64,000 nt of DNA, taken from positions 1 to 64,000 of the forward strand of contig JALJEE010001690.1 in assembly GCA_023231475.1 (NCBI GenBank), given 5' to 3'. Source of the DNA: Seison nebaliae. Taxonomy: Eukaryota. Positions 51,101-64,000 of this stretch are shown piece by piece (within the stretch, counting starts at the first letter, position 1; each line of letters opens with the position of its first letter). The notes beneath the pieces are model-generated. The model was given only the letters and a program-made list of their open reading frames with translations. It was not told the origin of the DNA and searched no databases. Both the position numbers and the translations under genes were made by a program.

Positions 51101-54100
51101 AGATCTGGTCATTTTCGTGTGTTTTATCCGAGTTTTGTTGAACTTAGGACATTATATATATATGGAGAATGTCTCACAATATATTGACATATAACTGACA
51201 TTTATGGGTTGTTCAACTTCTTATAATTTACAAAGCTTATTATTTCCATTCTTTGATAATACTCAATTTTTGTTAACATAATGAAATCGGTGAGATGTAA
51301 TTTAGTTTTACACTCAATTTCGGTGGGAGATCAAATTTCCACTTCCTTCGAGAATTATTTGGCAGATGTCCATTTTTCGGAAACCTTTCACCGAGTCGGA
51401 TATTGGCCGAACAGAAGTTCATCTTCATTCGAATGTTCTACTCACAACTCATGTTTGATATGTAGAGAAGAGAATTGGGTGAAGATAAAGAGAAAAATAA
51501 TGAAACAAACTGTTTTATATTGGAGTCTATTGTAGACTGCATTTACACCCTATCCAGTTTTTTCTTGGACTCACGTAAAAGAAGAATAAGTACATTAGCT
51601 GCTGGTTTCTTCCAAGTTGCTGTTGATATTGTTACTCTCGTTCATCGTCATATGATCCGGTTGCGATGTGTACATGAGATGTTTATTGGCATCTACAGAA
51701 TAATTTGTGGTATGAATTAACCAGAGGGAATTTCTTATTGCGGGGGGTTCCTTTTCTATAACGACCGATGATTGTTTTTTATTAATTCAAATTAAACATT
51801 CTTTACAATAACTCTAATTTTTTCATGCAATTCTTGAACCAATTATTCAGAAATATAGAAAACTCTTTTACTTAACTGAGAATTGGGAATTGTGTGACCA
51901 TATAGTTCAACAACGAGTTATTGTCCTTCTTTATTTAACGATTAGCACAACTCGAATAAACAGTTGGTCCAAATAGACTTATACGTTTTACTCGAATGAG
52001 AAGAAAACATGTGAAGTAGTTGCACTAGGAAAACAGATATTGACTATCATTCTTTCCAACAACTAACTGTTCATATTATCATTATCCATACGTCTATTGG
52101 AGTGATAATGGAGAGAGCTCGCCAATATTTCATAAAACCAAAATTATTCAGTTGTATAGAAATATTATGTCTATAAAATACTAGTTGAACAGTCTCATGT
52201 AAACATTGATATGTAGTGAATGTCTCCAATACTTCTAAATAAAGTGGTTGTCAGCTGTTGACATAAAATATTTCCCTATTTACAAACTGTTTGGGAAAGT
52301 TGTTTCGAGTTGATACGACTACCATTGATTAGGGGAACGAATGAGAGAAATCAGTGACGAAGTGAATCAAATAATAAGAAATAAGTAAATCAATACATTT
52401 ATACTTATTGCATGTTTATTTTTAATATAACTATATCATCTATTTAACTGTATACGAAACTCATTTTTCTAATGTTCATTTCTTCTATATATATTCTCAT
52501 GTTGGAAATGGACAACTGCTTCCTTAAAAAACAACTACTAGACCATTCTTTCAGCGCAATATAATGCATCTTATTTTAGAACTATAGTTATATCGATTAA
52601 ATGGTTTTTATATATTCCTTCACATTCCATCGTCAGTGTTCCATTCATTCAATATCTGAAAAAATTTCTTATATTAATAGTATTCTTCGATTATTATGCG
52701 TAGGTATTGTAAAGAATAATGGATGTTTCGATTCCATCATAATCTGTAGTGGAATTTCATTGCGAAATAATTATATTTCTGTGCGAACGGCATAATGTTG
52801 GAAACGACGTAATGTCTCGTAATATTAACAGAATAATATGAATTTGAAATTAATAGTTTTTGTGAAATAGTAACGAAAAATCGATTGCACCAATATTCCA
52901 TAATGAATTCGAATCATTCTCCTTCCAACGATATTCGAATGTTCCATCATTGTTGAATGAAATCTTATAGTATAAACTTCACATTGAATCAGTTTGTAAG
53001 ACACTGACATAATATCAGTGATATTCAACTATTGTTCTATATTTCTTTAAGGAAACTGCGAGTAACATAAAAGCGTATCGTTGTCTTGACAACGATAAAA
53101 ACAAAGAAATGGAATGATGTTATTGTTTTCTAATTTTTATGTTCATTCTTTCCAAAGTAAATAGGAGAATGTTTTAATTCGTTTATATTAACGTTTGATG
53201 TTTAAAGTGAAATTTGATGATTATTAGGTTAGTAAATGCATTTTCTCATGAAACCGAGAAATATTTTGATATTTATCTATGTTTATCTGTTAAAATTATC
53301 ATCGATAATTAAGTAATTAACACAAGAATGTCAAGAGAATTGATGATTTTATTTTTTTTATGTTTTTATTATTTATCTTATTTATTTTCACTTAATTATT
53401 ATCGATTTTCGATTATACAAAAAACAGTTTGATTATTGTTGTGTTTCAGGAATTCAACTTGAATAAGTCAACTCCTCTTTTTTTAGAAGTGTTTTCTTTT
53501 CCCTTTGGAATGTTTGTCTAATGAAAAATATCTTATTTTTTCAAATACATAACTTTAAACGTCTACCGATAAATATTCTTTTTCTGAAGAGAGATTGAAT
53601 TGGATACCATCAAAATAATCATGTCCGTTCCCACTATTTTTACGTTACTTGAATTAGAGATGTTTAGAGATTGGGTTGTTAAACTTTCAACCGATTGGGA
53701 GTATTCTTCATGGAGTGTGTAACGTCGTAGTAATATTTGCCGTCGATTTTGTCTCTGTCTTCTACCTCCAGTTGAGTGAGGTAAACTTCCATTTTTCCTA
53801 CCTCTAAATAAAGAATGGTTGAAGATCTTATTTCCGTTAGGCACGTGTGTAACTGAGTGTTTATAGATTTCTTTTTACTAACAACTTCATCAGAAAATAT
53901 GTATGTTATTCAAAAAAAGAAAGTTATTTTTTTGTTTGAAATTAATAAATTTTTTTCAAAATTCTCTTACATGTGGAACGATTAATTTTTACAATAATGC
54001 AAAACAATGGGAATATGAAGTCACGTGTAATATTTTAAAAGTCTTTATGTCTGTATCTATCTTATACATTATTATATCATCTGATTCCCATAATTATATT

Positions 54101-54414
54101 GACGAATAATATATTGACGTGAGATGTGTTGAGCACAATGATACACAAATAACACAACACACGAAGACATATGTATTTGTGACGTGTGTATGTAATGGAA
54201 TATTCCAATTGTGACTATAAAGTTGATTCATTCATTCATAAAATAAATTCTTCTTCTTTCCTCTCTCTCATTCCCCCCGACATTTCCTTACTTTATACAT
54301 CACTCACAAATGAATGTATATGTATTAAACGTACGCGTACGTCCACATTATTGGCTGTGTAGTAGAAGAAATATTCTTTTGATATTACGTGTAACTACTG
54401 ACTGCTTTCTATTC

Positions 54415-54443
<29 letters not shown>
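54415..54443. repeat. (GT)n(AT)n microsatellite
   Basis: gtgtgtgtgtgtgtgtgtgtgtatatatat seen directly. Confidence 0.9.
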
Positions 54444-54447
<4 letters not shown>

Positions 54448-56005
54448 TGCGTCTACGGATGACGATGTTTGAAAATTGTAATATAAATAAGTTAATGCGT
54501 AAATAAAGTTGTGGTAAGAATTGGAGTTATATAATAAGATATAATGATTCTAGAATAAAAAATGTAATATATTAACGTGAGAATTAAGTTGAATGATTCA
54601 GTTATTAATTTATTATCTCATCCGTCTAACAAGAAGAATGATGATGATGATGATGAATTCATTCATTCTATTCTATTCTATTCACATCACATTAAAAGAA
54701 GAGAATGGATTGCTTTCTCCACCACTTGTCGATATTTTTGATGGATTAGATGTCGTATCAATATTCTCCAGTTAGGGAATATCGTTCGATGAACTTATTC
54801 ATATTCTCCATAGAAATTATTGAACATTCTTCTTCTTTGATCATCGACATAATTTAAATTCGAATCGATATGATAATCGTCTAAATAATTCAGTTGTTAA
54901 TTACTAAATGAGTAAATGTGATTCTGTCGATTTGGATCATTAGGGAACGGGAAGATATTTGAAGAAGATGATAAAGTCGTCATTGATGAGGAGTAATAGT
55001 GGTAGTGGTGTAAGTGTTGCGATGTCAAAGATCATTGGATCTAGATTGAAATCGTTAACAACCATCTCATACAGTGATCTAAGAGATAAAGTTGTGTGAA
55101 TTAGGAAAGAATAAGGCCGTTTACACTTATCGGTTATTCACACGGCCGTTATGTGTCTTTCTTTCTTTTATGTTTCTTGTGTGTTAAACTTCAATCCATT
55201 TCGAATGTGAAACCGAAAGAAGAAAAAATCGTCCAAGTAAAATCATAATATTCACGATTCTCTCATTCTTTTCTTCTCACATTATTGTCAATAGGTGTGA
55301 GAGGAGGAGGAGGAGAAGGAGGATTTGATGGATGATATGACTTTTCTTATTTTTCTTTATCATCCATCGATTCTCGCCACCCACAACCATATGTGGATAG
55401 AGACACTTCACGAATAATCATTAGTTGACTAATTTATCTCACGTCAAATTCCATGTTACTTCGAAAAGAAATCTCGATTTTAATTTTTTCATATTTTATT
55501 TCGTTGAGACACTCTCTCATCATTATGATGATTAACATTCGCCTGAATGGATATCGGTCAACGAAAAATCGATGTTCGAATCGATGAAATGAGAGATCGC
55601 TACTTATTGAAAGGAGAATGAAATATAAGATGAAAAAAGAAGTCGAATTGATAAGATTGTCATCCTTATGTGTAGTGGTTTTTTGAAGGGGGGCCAGTCT
55701 CGCCACAAGTGTTTCAAAGGTCATCAACATATTCATCGTTCGTAGTAATAGTAGTGAGAGACGTAAAAATTATGAGGTGAAGTGAACGATGACCTTTTCT
55801 TTCTTTTTTTCTTTCGTCTCATTCACTATCGTTGATTCGGTTAAGAGAAGATTCATCTATAAATTAGGAAGTTATCTCAAGAAAAATTTCCATATTATAT
55901 TTTCTTTTTTTTTTCAATAATTTTCATTTTATTTCTTTTGAAATTCTTCTTCAATTTTTTAATAATTTCTTTTATTTTTTAGACAGAATTTTGAAATACA
56001 GTATC

Positions 56006-57171
56006 ATGGCATGCATGTATAAGGAGTCACATTTGGGTAATTCGATGAAGAATCTGATTGACGATTTCGATAGTTTAGGCATCTCATCTACTCCACAACT
56101 ACAACGACAAGATTCCGCATTATCATTTAGTGACCGAAATGAATTCTTTTGCAACGGTTTTCCTTGTCCTCCTTTGGAAACTAATGAAGGTTTCTCCAAA
56201 CGCAATTTAAACAAACCATTGACCGATTCATTTAATCGATGCATGTCATATGATGCTGATACGTATGCAACAGCAGCACAACCATTAATGAAAGTTTCGA
56301 AGCAACAGACACAAATCAGTTCGTCTGATTATTCCTCCGATTCATCGAAAAGTCCGGATAACATCAGATCACCAAATATCACAACGGAAGTGCAAGTTCC
56401 TACATCGGAGCATGTGGCTGAAATTGTTGGACGTCATGGATGTAAAATCAAAGCATTAAGATCACGAACGAATACTTATATCAAAACACCGGGTCGTGGA
56501 GAACGATCAATTTTCACGATTACCGGTCGACCGGAAAATGTTAATCAGGCGAAAGTACAAATTAATGCAGCAGCTGCTCATTTCACACGTCTCCGTCAAG
56601 CAAGACGACGTTCAATCGATTGTACTAGTGAGAGTAAAGATACGAAGTCGCCACCTCCACCAATGTCGATGGAATTACCAGAAGGACATGTCACTAAATC
56701 CGTTCGAGTTCCAATTCAATTAGTCGGTTTAGTTGTTGGTCCGAAAGGTAACACAATCAAACAAATTCAAGCTGCCACACAAACATATATCGTAACACCT
56801 GGACGTGATGCTGAACCAGTGTTCGAAGTGACTGGAGTACCAGAAGATGTCGATTCAGCTCGTCTTTGTATTATTATGCACATTTTGGAGAGGACACAAG
56901 AAGAAGATTACGAAGGAACTGATTTCTTAGAAGAGGCAACGAAAGATTATGGTAATCGACGAGAAGAGATGATAAAGAAAGCGAAAAATATTTTATTGAA
57001 TACACAAAAGAATCCGAAATCTTTATCGATGGCTAACTTTTATAATGGATGTCTCGATTTATTTACGAGTGATGGAGACAATAAATTATCGAATAATAAT
57101 GTTGAAAATAAGAACGGTTCAACATCATCATCATCATCAACCTCATTATTTACAGGTAAATTAACGAAAAA

Positions 57172-57203
<32 letters not shown>

Positions 57204-58165
57204 GTCGAATAAATCCGAAATTTTTAAATCAACCAATTCTTCGTCATCGAACTTGGTGTTTATATGATCATGAACCAAATGATATGGAACATAATAATAT
57301 TCTTGAAAATTTAACTAATAACAATAATAATAATAATAATATTAATGATGAAGTTTTCTTTCAGAATAATGAAAAAATGTGCAACCAAACATCAGATGAA
57401 CGATTACACCATCGATTGAGAAGTCATTTAGGACAGACATCATATTCATTATGTACAGCAACAACCGCTTCTCCAGCTTTACCACGAATGCCAAATAGTA
57501 TTGAATATGACAACTCGCCTCCATTCATCAGTTCAGCAGATTATTTCATGAGTTATGGTAGATCAGTTGCTCCAACTAATAATATCATCAATAACAACAT
57601 CAATTATTCTGATGAATATTTTAAAAAGAATAATAGATCAACATCAACAACAATAGCATCATGTCCATCCAATTCATCAACGTCATGTTCATCAAAAATT
57701 TCATTGGATCGTCATAATACATTTAGTGGACGTCAATATTTGCAATCAGAATTACAATCAAATATTCGAGATCATCAACAACCACCGAAAATGAATCATG
57801 CTCGTTATCATAATAATTTGGAACATCATCATTTTCATCCGGAACAGAATTATCCATTTAATTTTCATGATTCTGACGAAGCGAGATTCAATCGATTGAA
57901 ATTTGGTCCATATCGACAGACTATGAATTCGGAAGCGAAAAAATCAGATATCTATAAACTTTCATCACTTTATTCTAGTAATGGTAGTACCGGTTCACGT
58001 TTGAGCCAATATATCTGTAATGATGAATCACCATCTCCCCAACTCGAAGAATGGTTAGATAATTTGGAAGCTGACAGTTCTTCCCCACCCATTCAATCAG
58101 CCACCCCTCAATATCCATTTGAGAGAAATGGATTGGAACTCATCAATAATCTGATCGATAATTGA
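56006..58165 (+). CDS. MEX3: MEX-3 family RNA-binding protein (two KH domains, long Asn/Ser-rich tail, no RING seen)
   Basis: [36 protein letters not shown] and [45 protein letters not shown] are the diagnostic MEX-3 KH1 and KH2. Confidence 0.95.
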
Positions 58166-59938
58166 ACGAATCTGATAAAAAAACAACTTATTGAGATATG
58201 AAGATTTGAGTTTAATTATTTTACTGTTGCAAACATTTCTCTTCAGTGTTTTCTCTTCCATCACTTCCTAATATTAAAGAGGAATGTCAAATTGATAATT
58301 ATTTTTCATATTTCTTTCTTTCTTTCTTTCCTTTTATTTTTGATCGGTAGATATGAATAACTCTCAAGCACGCACACTTTCTAGATGTACCTCAGATATT
58401 TCCATTATTTCTTCCCACAAAAAGAAAGACAACACATCTTTTTCTCATCAACTTTTGAAATCTGATATTTGTCTACTTCTCCTACCTCGTGTCATCGTAA
58501 TGTTCATGTTTCCACATCGTTTCCATCACTTCATCATTTTTCATTTTATTTCCAATTTATCATTGTTTTATTTATCATCTTTGGAAAATGATGATGACAT
58601 CAATATTCATTTTCTCTCGATATTAGATTTTATCTAATCGTTACGATTTAATTAATCCCAAATTCTTCATTATCAATATTATACGTAATCATTTCTCTTT
58701 TTCACTTCAAATTTCTTTCATCATCATTATTATCGTTGTCATCGATATATATATATATATATATATATTTGCTTGTATACAACACAAATTGTACAATATA
58801 ATTCAAACAGTTTATCGACAATGGTCGGATGTCATTCCGATGAAGAAGCCAATATAGAATCAAGCTGATCAATTCAACCTGTACGTATTCGCAATTATAA
58901 GATAAATTATAATAATTTAACAAACGAAATCGATCAACTCTTTAGATGTTTCAAACAATTTTTCCATCAATAGCATCATCAGATTTTACGCAAATATCAA
59001 TAAATTTTACTATGAATTAGTTTTACAAATACTTTGAAAGAGATTTCTTTCCCTCACTTTCTTTTTTTCGTTTTCCAAGGAAATTCCTTCCAAATCAACA
59101 AAGAATAATTCTCGTTTACTCTATCATCAATTTCATATTTCCTTTAAATTTTCATGAATTTTCTCGTTTTTCTTTTTCAAAAATTTCTCAATATTTCTTT
59201 TTTTAAACGTTTAATATTATTTCCGGTACTCACCCTGTTGTTGGATGGAGGTATGATCGTAAATAACTATCGATCCTTTCCCCTCTAAATTCTATCGTTT
59301 CTCTTCCTCGATCTTCATCTAACACTACCACCACTATTATAGTCTCTCGATGTTTACCGTTATTTATTTTCATCCGTTAATTCTTCATTGATTGATGTTC
59401 TCTCATCGAATAATTTGCGATCAAAAAAAAACATAAACATTTATGTTCGTTGGATATGGAGAATGATGATTCCACAATACATGTTTCGATTTTACGGTCT
59501 GCGCAAAGATAAATCAAATCCAAATGCAATTAAATTCATTTGAGAACGATTTTGATAATTTTCTTCAAACCATTTTAATTTTCAAAGTTTTCTTTAAAAA
59601 AGACAACCGATACGACTACCCAACACATTTTCTTCTTTCTTTTCTCATCAATTTATAATTGAACGAACATTTCTTAGTCGTACTGCCAATTTATTATTTG
59701 ATTTCCAAATATATTTTCCTTCTTTTTCAATTCCTAATAAAAGAAATTATCAATATTATTATCATTCATATCAATCAATCAAATGGAAATAGTTTGATCT
59801 TAACATTCTCCAATAATTTCTAAATCAAGAATTAAATTGTCAGATTAAAATTTGAGATTGAAAGTGAATTAACAATAATTGATTTGATTTAATATTTAAC
59901 TAATTCTTTTTTGAACGAATTTTAAATGAAAAATGGAG

Positions 59939-60957
59939 TTATTTGAAATCAGGATGTTGTAAAGGTAGAACATCAGGTGTTTTGAGACAACAAGAATTCT
60001 CAACCTTAACAATAGCACCAGTTCGTTGTAATCCGATTAATGTCATTTTCTTACATGTACATTTACTTTCAGGCAGAGGTGGTATATTCATGGCATCATA
60101 AGAATAATGTTCTTGAACTCCTCCATCTTTTCTCAAAGAATGTTTCGAAAGTTCTTTAAGTAAACTATTTCTTCTATCTTTATTAGCATCTTTCATAAGT
60201 TCATCTAATCTATCAGAACCGGTTGCTCCTGTGAGTAATCCACTTACATCCACTTTCGATCCTAATGCACTTCTTGAACTATCACCTGGTCTATCGATTA
60301 ACGTCTGTTGTTGCTTGAGAAAGAAAACACATTTACGGAGTGATTCATCCCAAAGTACGTCTACAGAATAGACTGTGAATTAGATTGAATATTCTCTAGA
60401 ATGATTGAATGGATTAGGAGAGAAAGGAGTAACATAAGAAATTGATGCCATTCATTTGAGACGGTGCTGCACACCAAATAAAAAAGAAAGTCTTATATGT
60501 CCAATAGAGTGGTAGATCAACTCTCATGGGAATTTCTTGACTGATTTCAAGTACAAGAAATATTAAATATAGAAACCAGTAGATGGACCATCGCGTTTTC
60601 GATGAATATGAATTAGCCGATTTATTTTTATCCGTCAAACTAGAAACGATGAAGATTAAAGTATTGATTAATCATCGATAAAATTATTCAATTAGTCAAT
60701 AAAAGAAATGGAAACCAAATACACAACGGGTAGGCGATTAATATAAAGAAATTACATAAGAGGAAAGCCCATGAACAAAAAGTAAGAATGAGAATGCCGC
60801 TACCACAGTAGACTAGATTAATACAGTTTTTTTTGTTCGACGTAATCGTAAAGAAAATAATTAAACTCATTTGTTGATGTCTCGAAGATAATCCAGTTGT
60901 TGATTCTATTAAATCAATAAGAAAGTTCCTCTCAAATATCGTTTTCTGGTCGGTCAT
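59939..60957 (-). CDS. REEP/DP1/Yop1 (TB2/DP1/HVA22) family ER-shaping protein, divergent; 4 exons
   Basis: LLCNFFILIAYP, TRWSIYWFLY and PLYWTYKTFFFIWCAAPSQMNG match the REEP5/6 pattern. Three GTT introns join the ORF pieces. Confidence 0.8.
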
Positions 60958-62346
60958 TTTCAATTAGATAATACTCCAATTTCGACTAGAGACAATAAGA
61001 CGAAATAAGATTTTAATTACAAAAAAATAATAACTTGTTCGATTTAGCTCGTTCGGAAAATATGAAATTGTTTTTATTTCTTTCTTCTCCCTTCAATTCA
61101 ATCGTTTAATAATCGGAAATTAAATTGAACTAATTTTAATGTATTCTTATTTAGTCAAAAAGGAGGAGACTCATGTTGAATAGGTCGCGCACTTTTAACT
61201 TCATTATAATAGTTTATTCACTTCACTTCCAAACGCCGAATGTTAATTTGAGAAACTTGTCTACCAATCTATTGAGAAGAAGAATGACAGCGAAATAATA
61301 CTTTCGAACAAGGTTAATGAAATGTGTAACCGCAAATGTAATTAGATAGACACTTCGTTTATATGTACGTCCTCTCGACGAACTCTATAAATAATGAAGA
61401 CATTGTACTCTAAATCTAACACAAATATTTTTCAAAAGAATTTTTTATATTTTAACTAATTCAGTCGAACACGATGTAACGAATCTTCATTATGGAATCT
61501 CATATATTTAAATATTCTTTTAGGTATTATCAGATAATTCCACATGGTTCAATTATCGAATGGTTCCACTGATATCATTCGTTCAGAACTCAACGAATAT
61601 GTAACTAATATTTTATAAAATTATAATAAATTATCGTTGTTTTAATAAATGAAGTTTTATTTCTTTAAAATTTCAAGATTAATTGGTGGTCGAAATAGAA
61701 TTATGATGGAATTTTATATTCTTTATGTTCTAATTATCAGTTGATGGATGAAAAGAATATTCTACTTTAAGTTTTAAAAATAAACGAGTGAAAAATGTAC
61801 GTTTGAATGGAAATGATATTGATATTATTATGCTGCCCTATTATTCTTGGGTGAAAGAAGAAAGAATGGGAATAATGGCGAAAAGAATCGAAGTGGTGAA
61901 TGTTTATCTGTTTCACATATAATTGAGTATTGAGAACATATGGGAATGTCGATTAAACGATTTTCATCGATTATCGGTATCAATCAATTGTTTACGGACT
62001 CTCACATTCAATATTTCTTTACACTCTCTCATTCGATTATTCGATCAGGCTAATTTCTCTTTGAAAGATTTAGGTGAACTGTCCATTTTATCTAGGTCAG
62101 ACAGTTGATTATGCGATGTGACGCAATCGACCTCATCATCACCTCGCATCATTAACATTATTCTCTTCAATCGATTCATTATCTGACTCTCGCCTTCTCT
62201 TTCTCATGTGTATACGACTTACTCACCACCATATGATGGAGTTGACTATAAATATCGAATAAATTTTCGATTATAACATTATCTTTCGTTTCTTAGGAAT
62301 TCATTATTTTTTCTTTAAAATATTTCGGGAGTTTCTCTTCGACAAA

Positions 62347-63434
62347 ATGCACTTCCCCACTCTTCTTATGGTAGTTTACTTATCTAGTCAACTAGTATTT
62401 CTGGTACGTTCTGAGAATAAAGTTAGTTTTGATTTGAAATTCTATAATTTCTCTTTTGTTGAAGGATGCATTTAAAATGAATAAATATGGATCATATGGT
62501 CAAATTTTATATTTCAGTCAAACCCTTCATCCATACATCGAAGTTAATGCTAATGGCAACATCACTCTCACATGTTCAATACGATCATCAGAATCTTCTG
62601 ATATTCTCTGGTATAAGAATGATGAATTAATTTACCAAGTTCCCTTTTTTTCCCAATTAATTTATCTTTATTAAAATTTCTAGACAAACCTGTTACAAAT
62701 CGAACGATCATATAATGAACAAATGAATTATAATTTAGGTATTTGGAAAGACACATATGTGGTGCAGACGTCTCATCTTTTCATTCCATGTGCACAATAT
62801 ACTACCAACAATATCCGATATAGTTGTGTCGTTCGAAATCATTTCAAGACTATTCAGTCTAATACGATAATACAAGTGAATGAACATCCTTTAAGAAAAC
62901 ATCATCGATTTCTTTCTCGATTCAATGACATGAGACCGTTAAACGATTTATATGAAATGAATATATGTGAAAGTTAAAATAACCGTCTGCCTATAAAACC
63001 ATAAACATTTTTAAAAAAGATAAAAAAGAAGAAATCGTCTCGACATTTGTTCGAAAGAATCAACATCCGAATGATAATATGTTGTTCATCTGTCTCCATA
63101 ATTATGGAAAATCAACTAAATGGTACGAAACAACTTCAAATTATGAACAAAAACAAATTAAGAATAATGAACAAACAGAAGACAATTATTTAGCAGAAGT
63201 TAGTTCATCATCTATCTCACATCATTATCAATTCTTTCATAGTTTACTGAACATAAACAAATTCTCATTTTGAAAGATATCAATAAATCACCGATTAATC
63301 GTCGATCTTACATTTCTTGTTCGATCGATGACAAACGTCAATTTACTACTGTTCTTACAATGAATCAACGAAGTTATCTTCGTAAAAGTTCAATGAGAAA
63401 CCGATTAGACCACGTCACGCCAATGTCATGGTAA
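62347..63434 (+). CDS. Secreted immunoglobulin-domain protein, ZIG/Imp-L2-like; probably 5 exons
   Basis: Signal-like first exon (MHFPTLLMVVYLSSQLVFLVRS). Ig domain ITLTCS...ILWYKN...SHLFIPCA...YSCVVRN, then a degenerate second C..W..C unit. No TM segment. The last two exon junctions are uncertain. Confidence 0.6.
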
Positions 63435-63706
63435 CGATGTTCACTATCAATTTTCTGAATCTGCTGTATATAAACCAAATTGATTTCTTTCATTTCTAAT
63501 CAAGTAAAAATATTCATTTTCCTCTAGTCCATCCCCATCATTTCTTTTCAATCCTCATTCAAAATTTTCCGAGAAAATTTAAAATATTTTTAATGAAAAT
63601 GAATAAATTTTATTAAAGTTTCAATTCTTTTATAATTCATTCAAATCGAAAAAACGTTTAAAATTCTGTGTAAGTTTCTCTTCTGTATGAAGTTCGTTTG
63701 ATATTC

Positions 63707-64000
63707 TTATCTGTAAAGTCTCGACCATTGAATATTATTTTTTTTCATTAATCGAACTTCGATTTTCGGTTGGGCAAAATATATTTGTGTTTTTGTTGTA
63801 TCGATCTCGTCATATAACTGAATTTCTTCACCATATTTTTTTCCATCTTTCGATTCCATATTTGCTGTAACATTAACACTATTTGTTAAAATTGAACATT
63901 TTGTAGGAATTGGATTTCTGATATAAAAGACGATGTTAATTTCCATACCAGTTTGATGGTATTCCTTTCGACATTTTTCAACAACTGATTTCTGCGCAAT
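63707..64000 (-). CDS. CHORDC1: 3' end (CS/p23-like domain) of cysteine- and histidine-rich domain protein 1; truncated by the window edge
   Basis: KCRKEYHQTG.EINIVFYIRN...IQLYDEID..KTQI....KIEVRLMK....QWSRL resembles the CHORDC1/melusin CS domain (CRHDWHQTG...KIEITMRK...QWASL). The CHORD domains lie outside the window. Confidence 0.75.
   Translation of the reverse strand: MAQKSVVEKCRKEYHQTGMEINIVFYIRNPIPTKCSILTNSVNVTANMESKDGKKYGEEIQLYDEIDTTKTQIYFAQPKIEVRLMKKNNIQWSRLYR

Noticed and set aside
53563..53844. 93-aa minus-strand ORF with an Arg-rich patch
   Set aside because: GTG start, no domain, and no convincing splice path to other exons.

Overview
A very AT-rich, gene-dense eukaryotic window, almost certainly from an animal (otopetrin, MEX-3, a secreted Ig protein and an RBM46/A1CF-family gene are present); I cannot identify the species. 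About 20 protein-coding genes are supportable: RBM46/A1CF-like, OSGEP/Kae1, MECR, FDXACB1, casein kinase 1, a giant otopetrin, an expanded coronin, a glycoside-hydrolase-like gene, two TTC1 paralogues, mRpL3, IMP4, a GLD-2-like nucleotidyltransferase, a RING-less MEX-3, a REEP/DP1 gene, a ZIG/Imp-L2-like Ig gene, the 3' end of CHORDC1, and four orphans. There is also a decayed LINE and a non-autonomous TIR DNA transposon containing a long fold-back. The strongest signal is in splicing. I reconstructed about 55 introns by hand, mostly 41-55 nt, and about 53 begin GTT instead of the usual GT(A/G). Exonic -1 is most often A, and +5G is present in only about a third. This points to a divergent 5' splice-site recognition system (U1/U6/U1C). 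All exon boundaries and counts are manual and lack transcript support.
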